64,000 nucleotides of DNA from Thermomicrobiales bacterium (GCA_050696075.1 JBOGUF010000018.1:232-64231), one strand, 5' to 3'. Counted from the first letter of the stretch, positions 1-9,625 are shown. Program-made: numbers and translations. The notes: generated by a model from the sequence alone, not told the origin.

Positions 1-54
1 TAGCATGCTAGTAATACGCTTACTAGTTTCCACTGACGCAAGAGAGGAGGAGCG

Positions 55-573
55 GTGGCATACAAGGTCGTCCAACGGCGGGATGAGGCGGAGACCGCGG
101 TTGGCGGTGAATTCGAGGATCACCTGTTCGTCATCGACGAGAGCCTCGGTTATCTCGTCAACTATCTCGGACGGAACTTCGCCCGAGCGCTCGCCGCCCA
201 CCTCGCGCCTCACGGGGTGTCGGTTGCGCAGTGGTCAGTGCTGATGTTCTTGTGGGCGGAGGACGGTCTGTCGCTGTCGGAACTCAGCCAGCGGGTGGCG
301 ATCGAAGACGCCACGATGGTGCGCACCATTGACCGCATGGAGCGGGACGGTTTCCTCCGGCGCATGCGGGACAGGAATGATCGGCGGCGGGTCAACATCT
401 TCCTCGCGGACCGCGGGTCGGCTTTGCGCGACACTCTCGTCCCTTGCGCGATCGCCGCCAACGAGGCGGCAACGCAAGGACTGACTGAGGCGGAGCGGGA
501 TCAGACGATGAAGCTTCTGCGCCGCATCGTCACGTCGCTGATACGAGCGCAATCGAGGCCAGAAAAGGACTGA
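55..573 (+). CDS. MarR family transcriptional regulator
   Basis: The 172-aa ORF has a winged-helix MarR-type core (LSLSELSQRVAIEDATMVRTIDRMERDGFLRRMRDRNDRRRVNIFLADRG). A GGAGG lies 4 nt upstream of the GTG start. Confidence 0.85.
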   Translation: MAYKVVQRRDEAETAVGGEFEDHLFVIDESLGYLVNYLGRNFARALAAHLAPHGVSVAQWSVLMFLWAEDGLSLSELSQRVAIEDATMVRTIDRMERDGFLRRMRDRNDRRRVNIFLADRGSALRDTLVPCAIAANEAATQGLTEAERDQTMKLLRRIVTSLIRAQSRPEKD

Positions 574-575
574 GA

Positions 576-842
576 ATGCTTGGTGGAATCAAACTCTCCA
601 ATAAACGGATGCGAGACATGGAGCGGATTGTTCATCTGGTGGGCGCATTGGTGCTCGTCGTCTACATCTACGCTCCATGGGGGAACTCTCCCAATCTCAC
701 GTCGCTGGTGCAATTCGTGGTGGTCCCGGTGCTCGTCGGATCGGGCATGGCGATGTGGCAACTGCCTCGCATTCGCATGCAGCTAAAGCAACGTCGGATG
801 TCGTCCCAGAGGATCGGGGACGAACGCCCACCCAACAACTAA
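576..842 (+). CDS. small hypothetical membrane protein
   Basis: The 88-aa ORF starts 3 nt after the MarR stop. It has two hydrophobic spans (LVGALVLVVYIY and VVVPVLVGSGMAMW). I recognise no family. Confidence 0.4.
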   Translation: MLGGIKLSNKRMRDMERIVHLVGALVLVVYIYAPWGNSPNLTSLVQFVVVPVLVGSGMAMWQLPRIRMQLKQRRMSSQRIGDERPPNN

Positions 843-967
843 CGACCACCTGAATCTTTCGAGCAGACGGCGCACCGCACCCGAGGAGCGCGTGCCATTT
901 GCCGCGAAGCCGCGACACAGCTTGTCGACGACCTCGAATTCGGAAAGAGCCGTGATACAAACCCAGT

Positions 968-2140
968 TCACCGCGCACTAAGTTCAGTGATTGCATCGGC
1001 AAGCCGCAAACATTCCTCGTCCGTGGTGATGTAGTGGACGGAGGCACGGACGAGTTCGGTGAGGCCGCGGGCTTCCATGTCGTAACGGGTGCTGGCGACG
1101 GTGGAGGTGGTGGTGTTGATGGATTGTGAACGGAGAGCGGCGGCGACGTCGGGCGCGGGGTGGTCGGCGACGGTGAACGTGACGATGCCGCCTTTGACTT
1201 GGCCGAGGTCGTGGACGGTGACGCCGGGAATTTGTGAGAGCCGGTTGCGGAGGAGCACGGCCTGGCAGTGGACGCGGTCCCAGATGGCATCGAGGCCGAG
1301 GGTAAGGGCGTGGTCAACGGCGGCGCCCATGCCGAGCTTGGCGGCGAGATTGGCTTCCCAGTTTTCGAAGCGGCGGGCGTCGGAACGGATTTCATACCGG
1401 TCGCGGGCGATCCAGCGGGCGGCGTGGAGGTCAAGGAAGGGTGGAACGAGGCGGTCGATGACCGCCTCGCGGACATAGAGGAAGCCGGCGCCACGCGGAC
1501 CGCGCAGGTATTTGCGGCTGGTGGCGGAGAGCATGTCGCAGCCGATCTGCTCGACGTCGACTGGCATCTGGCCGACTGTTTGGCAGGCGTCAAGGAGGTA
1601 GAGCGCGCCGGCCTCACGAGTGAGTTGGCCGATGGCCGCCGCCGGTTGGATGAGGCCGCCGTTGGTCGGCATGTGCGAGACGGCGACCAGCTTGACGCGG
1701 TCATCGAGCATGTTGGCGAGAGCCGCGACGGAGAGTTGGCCGTGCTCGTCGTTCGGCACGACTTCGACGCGAACCCCGCGCTCGGCGATCTGGAGGAAGG
1801 CGATCACGTTGCTGGCATACTCGGCGACGGAGGTGAGAATTCGGTCGCCTGGTTGGAAGGGGATGGCGTAGAAGGCCATGTCCCAGGCGCGGGTGGCGTT
1901 TTCAACGACGGCGACCTCGCGCGGTTGGGCGCCGATTAGGCGGGCAATTGATCCGTAGACCGCTTCAATCCGGTCCTCGGCTTCGTGCGCGGCTTCGTAG
2001 CCGCCGATGTGTGCCTCGCGTCGGAGGTGGTCAATAACCACGTCGAGGACGGGCCGGGGGATCAGGGAGGCGCCGGCGTGGTTGAAGTGGATGACGTTGG
2101 CGCAGCCGGGGGTTTCGGCGCGCAGACGAGCGATGTCCAT
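968..2140 (-). CDS. class V aminotransferase (cysteine desulfurase/SufS-CsdA-like, PLP-dependent)
   Basis: The 390-aa ORF shows class V hallmarks: HFNHAGASL near the N-terminus, VAVSHMPTNGG, LLDACQTVGQMPVDV and SATSRKYLRGPRGAGFLYV (PLP-lysine region). Confidence 0.85.
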   Translation of the reverse strand: MDIARLRAETPGCANVIHFNHAGASLIPRPVLDVVIDHLRREAHIGGYEAAHEAEDRIEAVYGSIARLIGAQPREVAVVENATRAWDMAFYAIPFQPGDRILTSVAEYASNVIAFLQIAERGVRVEVVPNDEHGQLSVAALANMLDDRVKLVAVSHMPTNGGLIQPAAAIGQLTREAGALYLLDACQTVGQMPVDVEQIGCDMLSATSRKYLRGPRGAGFLYVREAVIDRLVPPFLDLHAARWIARDRYEIRSDARRFENWEANLAAKLGMGAAVDHALTLGLDAIWDRVHCQAVLLRNRLSQIPGVTVHDLGQVKGGIVTFTVADHPAPDVAAALRSQSINTTTSTVASTRYDMEARGLTELVRASVHYITTDEECLRLADAITELSAR

Positions 2141-2201
2141 AGGACGGCATCATACTCTTTCGCCGAATACCCCGGTGCCCCGGGGGTAAGTCGCGCGCCG
2201 C

Positions 2202-3176
2202 GTGCCGCACCGCGGCCGGACACGAAATGGGTTTGACTTGATCGACCTGCTGATGCTCGGAAATGGCGCGATGACGCCGCTACCCGACCGCTGGCTCTCC
2301 AGCATGCTTGTCCGGTGCCGCGGGGAGTTGACGCTCTTCGATTGCGGTGAGGGGACGCAGATTCCCTGGCGCACCTACGGCTGGGGCTTTCGTCGCGTGG
2401 GCGCGATTTGCATCTCGCACTGCCACGCAGACCACGTCGCGGGTTTGCCCGGATTACTGCACAGTCTGGCCAATGCTGGGCGCACCGAGCCGGTTGCCTG
2501 CTACGGTCCACGGGGCGTGGAACGCGTCGTTCGCGGCCTGCGGGAAATTGCGCGTGATTTACCGTTCCAGATGAACGTTATCGAGCTTGAAGGCGGCGAG
2601 CGCTTCGAGCTACCCGGTAGGATGGACGGAATCACCCTGAGGGTGGATCACCGTATCCCGTGTTTGGCCTATCGGGTCGGCGTGGATCGTGCGCGGCGAT
2701 TCGACCCGGAGCGCGCCCGCGCGCTCGGCGTCCCGATGAATCAGTGGAGCGTGTTGCAGCGGGGTCAGCCGGTCGAAGGGGCCGAGGGGACAGCGATGCC
2801 GGACGACGTCCTCGGTCCGCCGCGGCCGGGACTGTCGTTCGGATTCGTGACCGACACGCGGCCGATCGACGATCTGCCGGGCTTTCTGTCCGGTGTGGAT
2901 CTTCTCGTCTGCGAGGGAACCTATGGGGATTCCGCTGATATTCAGAAGGCGATAGCCCACATGCACATGACGTTTGCAGAGGCGGCGGGGATCGCCCGTG
3001 CCGCCGGGGCCGGCGCCTTGCTGCTGACCCACTTCAGCCCAGCGATGGAGAACCCGGACGAGTTTCTGCCGAATGCGACGGTTATCTTTCCGCGGACGAG
3101 CATTGCCAAGAGCGGGCTGACCCGCACGCTGAATTTTGTGGACGAGACGCTTCTCGGCGTTGAAACGCCGCGCTGA
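2202..3176 (+). CDS. rnz: ribonuclease Z (metallo-beta-lactamase fold)
   Basis: It carries the MBL motif ISHCHADHVAGLPGLL, an N-terminal LGNGAMTP...FDCGEGTQ segment and a C-terminal LLLTHFSP. The true start may be the TTG at 2238 or the ATG at 2253. Confidence 0.8.
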   Translation: MPHRGRTRNGFDLIDLLMLGNGAMTPLPDRWLSSMLVRCRGELTLFDCGEGTQIPWRTYGWGFRRVGAICISHCHADHVAGLPGLLHSLANAGRTEPVACYGPRGVERVVRGLREIARDLPFQMNVIELEGGERFELPGRMDGITLRVDHRIPCLAYRVGVDRARRFDPERARALGVPMNQWSVLQRGQPVEGAEGTAMPDDVLGPPRPGLSFGFVTDTRPIDDLPGFLSGVDLLVCEGTYGDSADIQKAIAHMHMTFAEAAGIARAAGAGALLLTHFSPAMENPDEFLPNATVIFPRTSIAKSGLTRTLNFVDETLLGVETPR

Positions 3177-3274
3177 ACCTACGAAGTCCCGCCGGGACCG
3201 TGGTTGGTAGGCCCTAATCCGTAACTCCGGAGGGAATTTCTAGGTTCAGCCCTGGGACTCCAACTCGGGGAAAC

Positions 3275-4504
3275 CTAAGGATACCGATCGGCCGCGGTGA
3301 CGAGGGCATCGTGGACGAAGTCGACGATGGTGGCGTGGTCGCCGATATAGACCCAGGCGCCAGCGGGGGTTTCACCGGGCTGGAGGATCGGCGGGCCGAG
3401 TGAACTCCAGCGGATCTGGGCTGGGTCCATCTCCCAGGCGATGCGAGCAAGGAGCAGTTGCTGGTCGAGGGCGAAGCTGGTCTGGATCGAGCCGCTGGCG
3501 GCCAGGATCATCTCGTCGGCTTTGGTGATCGATGAGAGTTGCCTGCCCTTGTCGAAGAAGGCGCGCAGAACCTGCATCTGCCGGTCGCGGCGCTGGTCGT
3601 CGCTGTCGGCGTGGCGAGTGCGGACGTACTTCAGCGCGGTTTCGCCGTCCATATATTGCAGGCCGGGCGCGAAGTAGACTTCTTCCGTGCCGTAGTCCTC
3701 GGTCGGATACATGGGGTCGAAGATCTCGTAGGGGACATCGACCTCGACACCGCCGACGGCGTCAACGGCGTCCTCGAACCCGTTGAAGTCAACCAGGACG
3801 TAACCGTCGATGGGGATGCCAAAGACCTCCTCGACGGTGTCGCGGACCAAGGCGACGCCGGCAACGGCGCTGTCCGCGTCGGTCTCGACGCCGTAGTTGT
3901 ACGAGGTGTTGATCTTGTTCGGTCCGACCCCTGGGATCTCGACCAGGAGATCACGCGGGATGCTGACTGCCGCGATCCGCTTTTCGATCAGGTCGAGGTG
4001 GGCCAGGATGATAACGTCGGCGTTTTGGTCGCCGCCGTCTGCCCGCCGGTCGACGCCGAGGACGAGGATGTAGAGTTCGGTGCGCCCGCCCCAGGCCGCG
4101 GCCGTGCCGGGATCGCCTTCGTTGATTCCTGTCGAGATGAGCTGGCGCAGGACGTCGAAGTGCGAGGTCTCGTCGTCATCGTCCGCCTGAGCGATGGCCG
4201 GTCGGGAAGTCGCGGTCGGCTCAGGCCCGGATCCAGTCGTTGTCGGCCGAGTTACGGTGGGCGAAGTTGTCGGCGTCGGGTCGCCCTCGGTGGATGCCGC
4301 ACCGACCGACGCGGGCGTCGAGGTGGGCTCCGGCTCCGAGGTCGGCGTGGTGACGACGACGTTTGGTTGGCCAGTTGGCTCGACCGTCGGGAGTGCGGCC
4401 GAACGCGGGACACGGGTTGGAAGCGGTACGACGGCCGCGCGCTCGACTTGAACGAGCGCGTCGACCACGCGCCAGCTCTGGACCGCAAGTACGGCCAAGA
4501 GCAC
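3275..4504 (-). CDS. LytR-CpsA-Psr (LCP) family cell-envelope phosphotransferase
   Basis: It has the LCP core ILVLGVDRRADGGDQNADVIILAHLDLIEKRIAAVSIPRDLLVEIPGVG...KINTSYNYG and a Pro/Thr-rich linker after the anchor. The coding frame stays open upstream to 4624 (see finding). Confidence 0.85.
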   Translation of the reverse strand: MLLAVLAVQSWRVVDALVQVERAAVVPLPTRVPRSAALPTVEPTGQPNVVVTTPTSEPEPTSTPASVGAASTEGDPTPTTSPTVTRPTTTGSGPEPTATSRPAIAQADDDDETSHFDVLRQLISTGINEGDPGTAAAWGGRTELYILVLGVDRRADGGDQNADVIILAHLDLIEKRIAAVSIPRDLLVEIPGVGPNKINTSYNYGVETDADSAVAGVALVRDTVEEVFGIPIDGYVLVDFNGFEDAVDAVGGVEVDVPYEIFDPMYPTEDYGTEEVYFAPGLQYMDGETALKYVRTRHADSDDQRRDRQMQVLRAFFDKGRQLSSITKADEMILAASGSIQTSFALDQQLLLARIAWEMDPAQIRWSSLGPPILQPGETPAGAWVYIGDHATIVDFVHDALVTAADRYP

Positions 4505-4900
4505 GACGACGACGCCGGCGATGAGGAGCGCAACCCGGCGGCGGCGACTGAGGCGGCGGCCCGGGGCGCGGCGCTCAGTCCGGGCGCCGGTCGCGGGAGC
4601 GGGGCGAATGTCGGTAACGACGGCTCAATCCTTTCGTGCGTCGGGCGTCGGCGAGACGCTGCCGGCGATGGCCGCCCGGACGCCGATTATCGCGTCCATT
4701 GTAGCCACCTATCAATGGAAGTCTGCAACACGTGTGCCCCGGACGGACCGCCTGTCACACGCGGCCGACTCGCGCGACCCGTCCGCGTGAATCAACGCCT
4801 GACGAACCGATTTGGTTTTGACGTGGGGGCACGGATGGGGTACAATACGAACATTAGTTCTATTCCGTCGCCAGGGTGGCCGCGGAGAAGGAGAACGGGA

Positions 4901-5491
4901 ATGAGTGCCATGACCACGACACGAGTGACGAACCAAGACGCCGCTGAGGTGCTGTTCAACGTCGCCACGATCCTCGAGCTGGCGGAGGACAATCCGTACC
5001 GCGTTCGCGCCTACCGGCGCGCGGCGCGGCTACTGCTTCGCACCGCGGACCAGTCGAGACTGCGCGTCAACGACCGCCACGAACTCGATCTGCCGGGCTT
5101 GGGTCCGCGCCTGCGGCGCAAGCTCGGCGAGCTATTGCACACCGGCCAGATGCGCTTCTACGTGGAACTCTGCGCCGATCTACCGAGGGAGGTCGCCAGC
5201 CTGATGGAAATCCCGACTATCGGGCCGAAGACGGCCCGCCGCCTGCACGAAGAGTTGGGACTGGCGACCGCGGCAGACGTGGTGGAAGCAGCCCACGAGG
5301 GGAAGATTCGGCAGCTCTACGGCTTCGGCGAGAAGCGGGAGCGGCAATTGCTGGCGGGCGCCGAGCAGGTGCTGGGCGGGTTCCGCAAGGTCGCCTCGCC
5401 GATGCCGCTGGAGGCTGAGGACGATGTGATCGAAGCGCTGCCGGCGCCGCGGACGCTGACCCTCTTGCCGTCGCTGCCGGAGGCGGCGTAG
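4901..5491 (+). CDS. helix-hairpin-helix protein resembling the N-terminal 8-kDa/fingers region of family X DNA polymerases (no catalytic palm)
   Basis: This is the C-terminal 196 codons of track ORF 3539..5491; the upstream part is antisense to the LCP gene. A GAAGGAGA Shine-Dalgarno precedes the ATG at 4901. Motifs: NPYRVRAYRRAARLL, LPGLGPRLRRKL, IPTIGPKTARRLHEELG, GFGEKRE. Confidence 0.7.
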   Translation: MSAMTTTRVTNQDAAEVLFNVATILELAEDNPYRVRAYRRAARLLLRTADQSRLRVNDRHELDLPGLGPRLRRKLGELLHTGQMRFYVELCADLPREVASLMEIPTIGPKTARRLHEELGLATAADVVEAAHEGKIRQLYGFGEKRERQLLAGAEQVLGGFRKVASPMPLEAEDDVIEALPAPRTLTLLPSLPEAA

Positions 5492-6931
5492 TTGGCGGGC
5501 TGGGCGGGGCGCGGCCGGCCGCCATGGCGGCGGAGCGCGGCGAAATCGAACGATCCTACCGTGATTGCGGACGACGTAGCCGTCGATGGCAACGATGTGC
5601 CGGGCGAACTCGATCTCTTTGACGCGCTGGCCGGCGTCGTGGAGGATGGCGACCAGGGCAGTGTCGAGGCGATATCGAAACTCCAACCCGCCTCTACGCA
5701 CGAGCAATCGACCTTCGACGTGGCCCACGCCTCGACCCAGGCCCGATTTGGGCTCGAACGCCTGCCGTCGCTCGGCGTCACGCCGCGCCCGTACCAGGAC
5801 GAGGCGCTGGCGGCGTGGCTGCGGCACGATGGGCGCGGCGTGGTCGCCCTGCCAACCGGCGCGGGCAAGACGGTCGTCGCCATGATGGCGGTCGCGCGCC
5901 TCGGGGTGCGGACCCTCGTGGTGGTGCCAACGATCGACTTGCTCCACCAGTGGCGGGGCGCGCTGGCGGAACAACTGGGCTACCCGTTCGACGCGGTCGG
6001 CATCGTCGGTGGCGGCAAGCGGACGGTGCGCGACCTGACGGTGATCACCTACGACTCGGCGGCGATGCCGTCGCGTCGCCTCGACGGCTTTGGGCTGCTG
6101 ATCGTCGACGAAGTCCACCATCTGCCGGCACGGGCTTACCGGTCGATCGCGCGGAAGGTGGACGCGCCGTTTCGGCTTGGCCTGAGCGCGACGCCGGAGC
6201 GCGCCGATTTCGGGCACCTCTCGCTGCCGGGCCTGATCGGAGAGGTCGTCTACCGGCGGGACGCCGCCGATTTAGCCGCCGATCAGCACTTGGCGGCCTA
6301 CGACGAGCGTCGCATCTTCGTCAACCTGGCGCCGGCAGAGCAGGTCGAATACGACCGGCTGATGGCCGAGTACAAGTGGTACTTGGCCTCGCGGCGGGGC
6401 CAGCTCGGCCGGAGCGACGGGATCTACCAAGAGTTGATCCGGCGGTCGGGGCACGACCCAGCCGCGCGATCGGCGCTACGGTCGCACCAGCGAGCGCGCA
6501 TGATCGCGCTCAACGCCGGAACCAAAGTGGAGCGGGTAGCGGAACTGCTCGACACGCATCGCGACGAGAAAGTAATCGTCTTCTCCGAGTACAACGCGAT
6601 GGTCGCCGAGTTGAGCGAGCGCCTGCTGCTGCCCGCCATCACTTACCGCACGCCGCTGCCGGAGCGGCGGCTGATCCTCGACCGCTTCCGCGCCGGAGAG
6701 TACACGAAGCTCGTCACCGGGCGGGTGCTCAACGAGGGGGTGGACGTGCCGGACGCGAGCGTGGCCATCGTCGTCAGCGGCTCGTCGGCGACCCGCGAGT
6801 ACATCCAGCGCCTCGGGCGGATTTTACGACCGAAGCGCGAGACCGCCGTCCTCTACGAATTGGTGACGCGGCGCACGGTCGAGGGACGCAGCGCCCGGAA
6901 GCGCCGCCCAAACTCGAAAAAGGCCGCTTAG
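5492..6931 (+). CDS. XPB/Rad25/Ssl2-like superfamily 2 DNA helicase
   Basis: SF2 motifs are present: I LPTGAGKT, II DEVHH, III LSAT, VI QRLGRILR, plus PRPYQDEA (Q-motif region). The frame opens directly after the stop of the HhH gene. The real start is uncertain (a GTG at 5561 is possible). Confidence 0.85.
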   Translation: MAGWAGRGRPPWRRSAAKSNDPTVIADDVAVDGNDVPGELDLFDALAGVVEDGDQGSVEAISKLQPASTHEQSTFDVAHASTQARFGLERLPSLGVTPRPYQDEALAAWLRHDGRGVVALPTGAGKTVVAMMAVARLGVRTLVVVPTIDLLHQWRGALAEQLGYPFDAVGIVGGGKRTVRDLTVITYDSAAMPSRRLDGFGLLIVDEVHHLPARAYRSIARKVDAPFRLGLSATPERADFGHLSLPGLIGEVVYRRDAADLAADQHLAAYDERRIFVNLAPAEQVEYDRLMAEYKWYLASRRGQLGRSDGIYQELIRRSGHDPAARSALRSHQRARMIALNAGTKVERVAELLDTHRDEKVIVFSEYNAMVAELSERLLLPAITYRTPLPERRLILDRFRAGEYTKLVTGRVLNEGVDVPDASVAIVVSGSSATREYIQRLGRILRPKRETAVLYELVTRRTVEGRSARKRRPNSKKAA

Positions 6932-6970
6932 GTTTCGGCCGCCACGACGAGCGAGGAGGGGAATCCCGCG

Positions 6971-8563
6971 ATGGCCTTTCGCCGCCAGGACATTCCGAAA
7001 ACGACCCGCAAAGGGACCGACGGCGAGCGCCGCCGCTTGTACCCGCGTTACTTGCGGGACGGCTCGGTGCTGCCCAAGATCGACTTGGCGACCGCGTATC
7101 TTGACGGCATGGTCGGGCGGCGACGGGCTGAATTGTCGCCGGATGCGGTCGTCGAGTTGTTTGGCGATCCCAAGCTGGCCCGCTGCATCCTCTCCTGCCT
7201 GGCGGATACCTATCGCTACCGTACGCCGGCCATCCGCGAGATCGCGGGTGAGGACGTGGCGACGCGCCTTGCGGCGTGGGATCTCTTGACCTCGGCAGAC
7301 TTGCGGCATCACGTCTACACGGCGCTGCAACGGGATGAGCGGGGCTGCGCGAGACCGGATGGTCGCGCCGACTTTCTGCTGAAGGTTGCCGAGCCGCTGG
7401 GCGTCGATGGAGTGCTCCTCGACCGGCTGCTTCACCTCGACGCCGAGCGCAACGCGCTGTTGGCGCGGACCGGCGAACGACCAGAGGCAGAGGATGTCGT
7501 TGCCCGCTACAACGCGATGCTGACGCTCTCGGTGCTCCGGCAGGCATCCTCGATCACGCTCCATCTGCCGAGGTTGGATGGGACGATGCTGGAGACGATT
7601 TGCGCACGACTCGACGTCGAATGGCAGCGGACGCCGGACGGGGGAGTGCGCTTGGTCGGTCGTCGCGACGCGCACGGCACGTGGAGCCGTTTTGGCGGGC
7701 GGTTGGCGCGGTGCGCCGTACAGCTTTTCATCGTCTGCCCTGGCGAACCGGAAGGTGAGGCGACGGTTCATCTGAACAGCGAGCCGCTTCGCTTCGTGCT
7801 CGATCGCAACGTCGTCGCCTCGGTGCGGCCGAAGCAGCGGGCGTCGGCGGGCGCGGCGGGCACGATCCGAGCCACCCAATTGTTCGACGACCTACTCGCG
7901 TACCGGCGACGGTGGAGCATCGACGGTTGGACATTCCGCCGGGCGATGGAGCCGCTCGTCGTCAAGGGGTCGCTGGTGCTGCCGGAGATGCTCTGCGTGC
8001 GAGGCGACCTGACCGTAGCCGTCGTGGCGGTCGAGCAGGGCCAAGTCGAGGCGATTGCGGCGATTGAGGCAGTCGATCAACAGCGGCCGGTGATCGCCCT
8101 CGGATTGCAACCCGGCACAACCACCTGTCCCGCGATCGCGACCGGCAGCGCGGAGGCGTTGTTGCGGCTGCTGGAGACGGAAGTGGACGAGGCCGAGCCC
8201 GGTCAGACGCCGATGCGATTGGTCGCGGCCGAACTTGCGTTCGACGGCTGGGTTGGGGTGACGCGGCTGGACGAACTCTTCCAGGGTGAAGACGAGATGC
8301 GAATCCGGCTGATGCCGCTGACCGAGGACGGCGAGGCGGCATTCGTGCCCGGTTTCGGACTTTGCCGGACAATGCTCCTGGACGATCTGCGGGATCAACA
8401 CCTGTGCGGTCCGGTCGAGATTCCGTATCTGCGGGCGGCGATTGCGGATCGCTTCGGCGATGGGCCGGCGGCCGACGCGCTGACGCTGCATCTGTTGAGT
8501 GCGGGTGCGTTCGTCCCTGGTCGCCAGGCACGGGGCGAGCCGACCGAGGCGCGGGCCGCCTGA
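6971..8563 (+). CDS. DUF790/Bax1-like protein (putative nuclease partner of XPB-type helicase)
   Basis: The 530-aa ORF has a GAGGAGG Shine-Dalgarno before the ATG. Its N-terminal pattern (LYPRYLRDGSVLPKIDLATAYLDGMVGRRRAEL...GDPKLARCILSCL) matches my memory of DUF790 proteins. It sits immediately downstream of an XPB-like helicase. The family call was not verified by search. Confidence 0.55.
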   Translation: MAFRRQDIPKTTRKGTDGERRRLYPRYLRDGSVLPKIDLATAYLDGMVGRRRAELSPDAVVELFGDPKLARCILSCLADTYRYRTPAIREIAGEDVATRLAAWDLLTSADLRHHVYTALQRDERGCARPDGRADFLLKVAEPLGVDGVLLDRLLHLDAERNALLARTGERPEAEDVVARYNAMLTLSVLRQASSITLHLPRLDGTMLETICARLDVEWQRTPDGGVRLVGRRDAHGTWSRFGGRLARCAVQLFIVCPGEPEGEATVHLNSEPLRFVLDRNVVASVRPKQRASAGAAGTIRATQLFDDLLAYRRRWSIDGWTFRRAMEPLVVKGSLVLPEMLCVRGDLTVAVVAVEQGQVEAIAAIEAVDQQRPVIALGLQPGTTTCPAIATGSAEALLRLLETEVDEAEPGQTPMRLVAAELAFDGWVGVTRLDELFQGEDEMRIRLMPLTEDGEAAFVPGFGLCRTMLLDDLRDQHLCGPVEIPYLRAAIADRFGDGPAADALTLHLLSAGAFVPGRQARGEPTEARAA

Positions 8564-8614
8564 GCCCGCGGATTCAACCTTTGGGGGAACCGGCCGCCCC
8601 TCCCAATAGCGCGG

Positions 8615-9484
8615 CTAGCCGCGCTCGCGGTCGGCATCTTCTTTGCCGAGGGCGACGGTGCGTTGGTAGGCGGCGTAGACCGATTTGGAGAAGACGGTGC
8701 GCAAACCGCCTTTTTCCATCTGGTAGATCGCCTCGGCGGAAGTACCGCCAGGGGAGGTGACCATGTTGCGAAGCTCTGCCATGTGCTTGCCGGAACGGCG
8801 AGCGAAGGCCACCGAGCCCTCGACGGTTTGGAGCACGATCTCTTCGGCGATGCGGCGGGGGAAGCCCATGTGGACGCCGGCGTCGATAAGCGCCTCCATC
8901 ATCAGGAAGACGTAGGTGGGGCCGGTGCCGGAGAGGGCGGTCGCCATGTCGACGTACTTCTCCTCCTCGACCCAGAGTTCCTCGCCGAGGGCGCCGAGGA
9001 CGGTGCGAACGCGCTCGCGGTGGGCCTCGTCGACGTCGACGGTCGAGGTCCAGACGCTCATCCCGGCGCCGATCTGGGCCGGGGTGTTCGGCATGACGCG
9101 GGCGATCGCGTCGTGACCAAGGCCCCGGCTGAGCGCACCGATGCCGGCCCCGGCGATGATCGAGATGACGACCTGCTCCGGGTTCAGGCGCCCGTGGAGC
9201 TGTTTCATCAGCAGGCCGAGGATTTGGGGCTTGACGGTCAGAAAGACGAGGTCGGCATCGACGATCGCCTCGCGATTGCCCTCGACGGCCTGGATGCCAA
9301 AGCGTTGGCTGAGTCGTTCGCGGCGGTCGGCCCGAGGATGACTGGCGATGATGCGATCGGGCTTGAGAAGTCGCCGGTCGAGCAAACCGGCGATCATCGC
9401 CTCCGCCATCACGCCCGCGCCGACGAAGGCGAGTTTGGCTCCTTCGAGCGCGTCGCCACCGATCCGTTCAGAAGTCTCGCTCAT
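8615..9484 (-). CDS. proC: pyrroline-5-carboxylate reductase
   Basis: This is the C-terminal 289 codons of track ORF 8615..10723. Motifs: FVGAGVMAEAMIAGL (NADP Rossmann), VARVMPNTPAQIGAGMS, TSPGGTSAEAI. An alternative ATG lies at 9499. Confidence 0.9.
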   Translation of the reverse strand: MSETSERIGGDALEGAKLAFVGAGVMAEAMIAGLLDRRLLKPDRIIASHPRADRRERLSQRFGIQAVEGNREAIVDADLVFLTVKPQILGLLMKQLHGRLNPEQVVISIIAGAGIGALSRGLGHDAIARVMPNTPAQIGAGMSVWTSTVDVDEAHRERVRTVLGALGEELWVEEEKYVDMATALSGTGPTYVFLMMEALIDAGVHMGFPRRIAEEIVLQTVEGSVAFARRSGKHMAELRNMVTSPGGTSAEAIYQMEKGGLRTVFSKSVYAAYQRTVALGKEDADRERG

Positions 9485-9625
9485 GACCACCTCAATCATC
9501 GTACCAGCCGGATCTGTGGATTGTAGCCGCCGAAGACGGCGCGGGGGCAGCAACCTTGCGCGGGCCTGCGACAATAGGCAGAGCCGGCGGCAATGTCGAG
9601 CCGGTAGCGAGAAGCAGACCGGAAA

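Noticed and set aside
697-1704. A 335-aa minus-strand ORF and several other 200-430-aa ORFs (e.g. 5180..6217, 5815..7104, 6824..7879, 19111..19938, 19311..20681, 50685..51671).
   Set aside because: They are alternative frames or antisense to genes with clear family motifs. Their composition is Ala/Arg/Pro/Ser-dominated without domain signatures.
3539-4900. The N-terminal ~450 codons of track ORF 3539..5491 (650 aa).
   Set aside because: This part is antisense to the LCP gene. Real coding starts at the ATG at 4901, which has a good Shine-Dalgarno.
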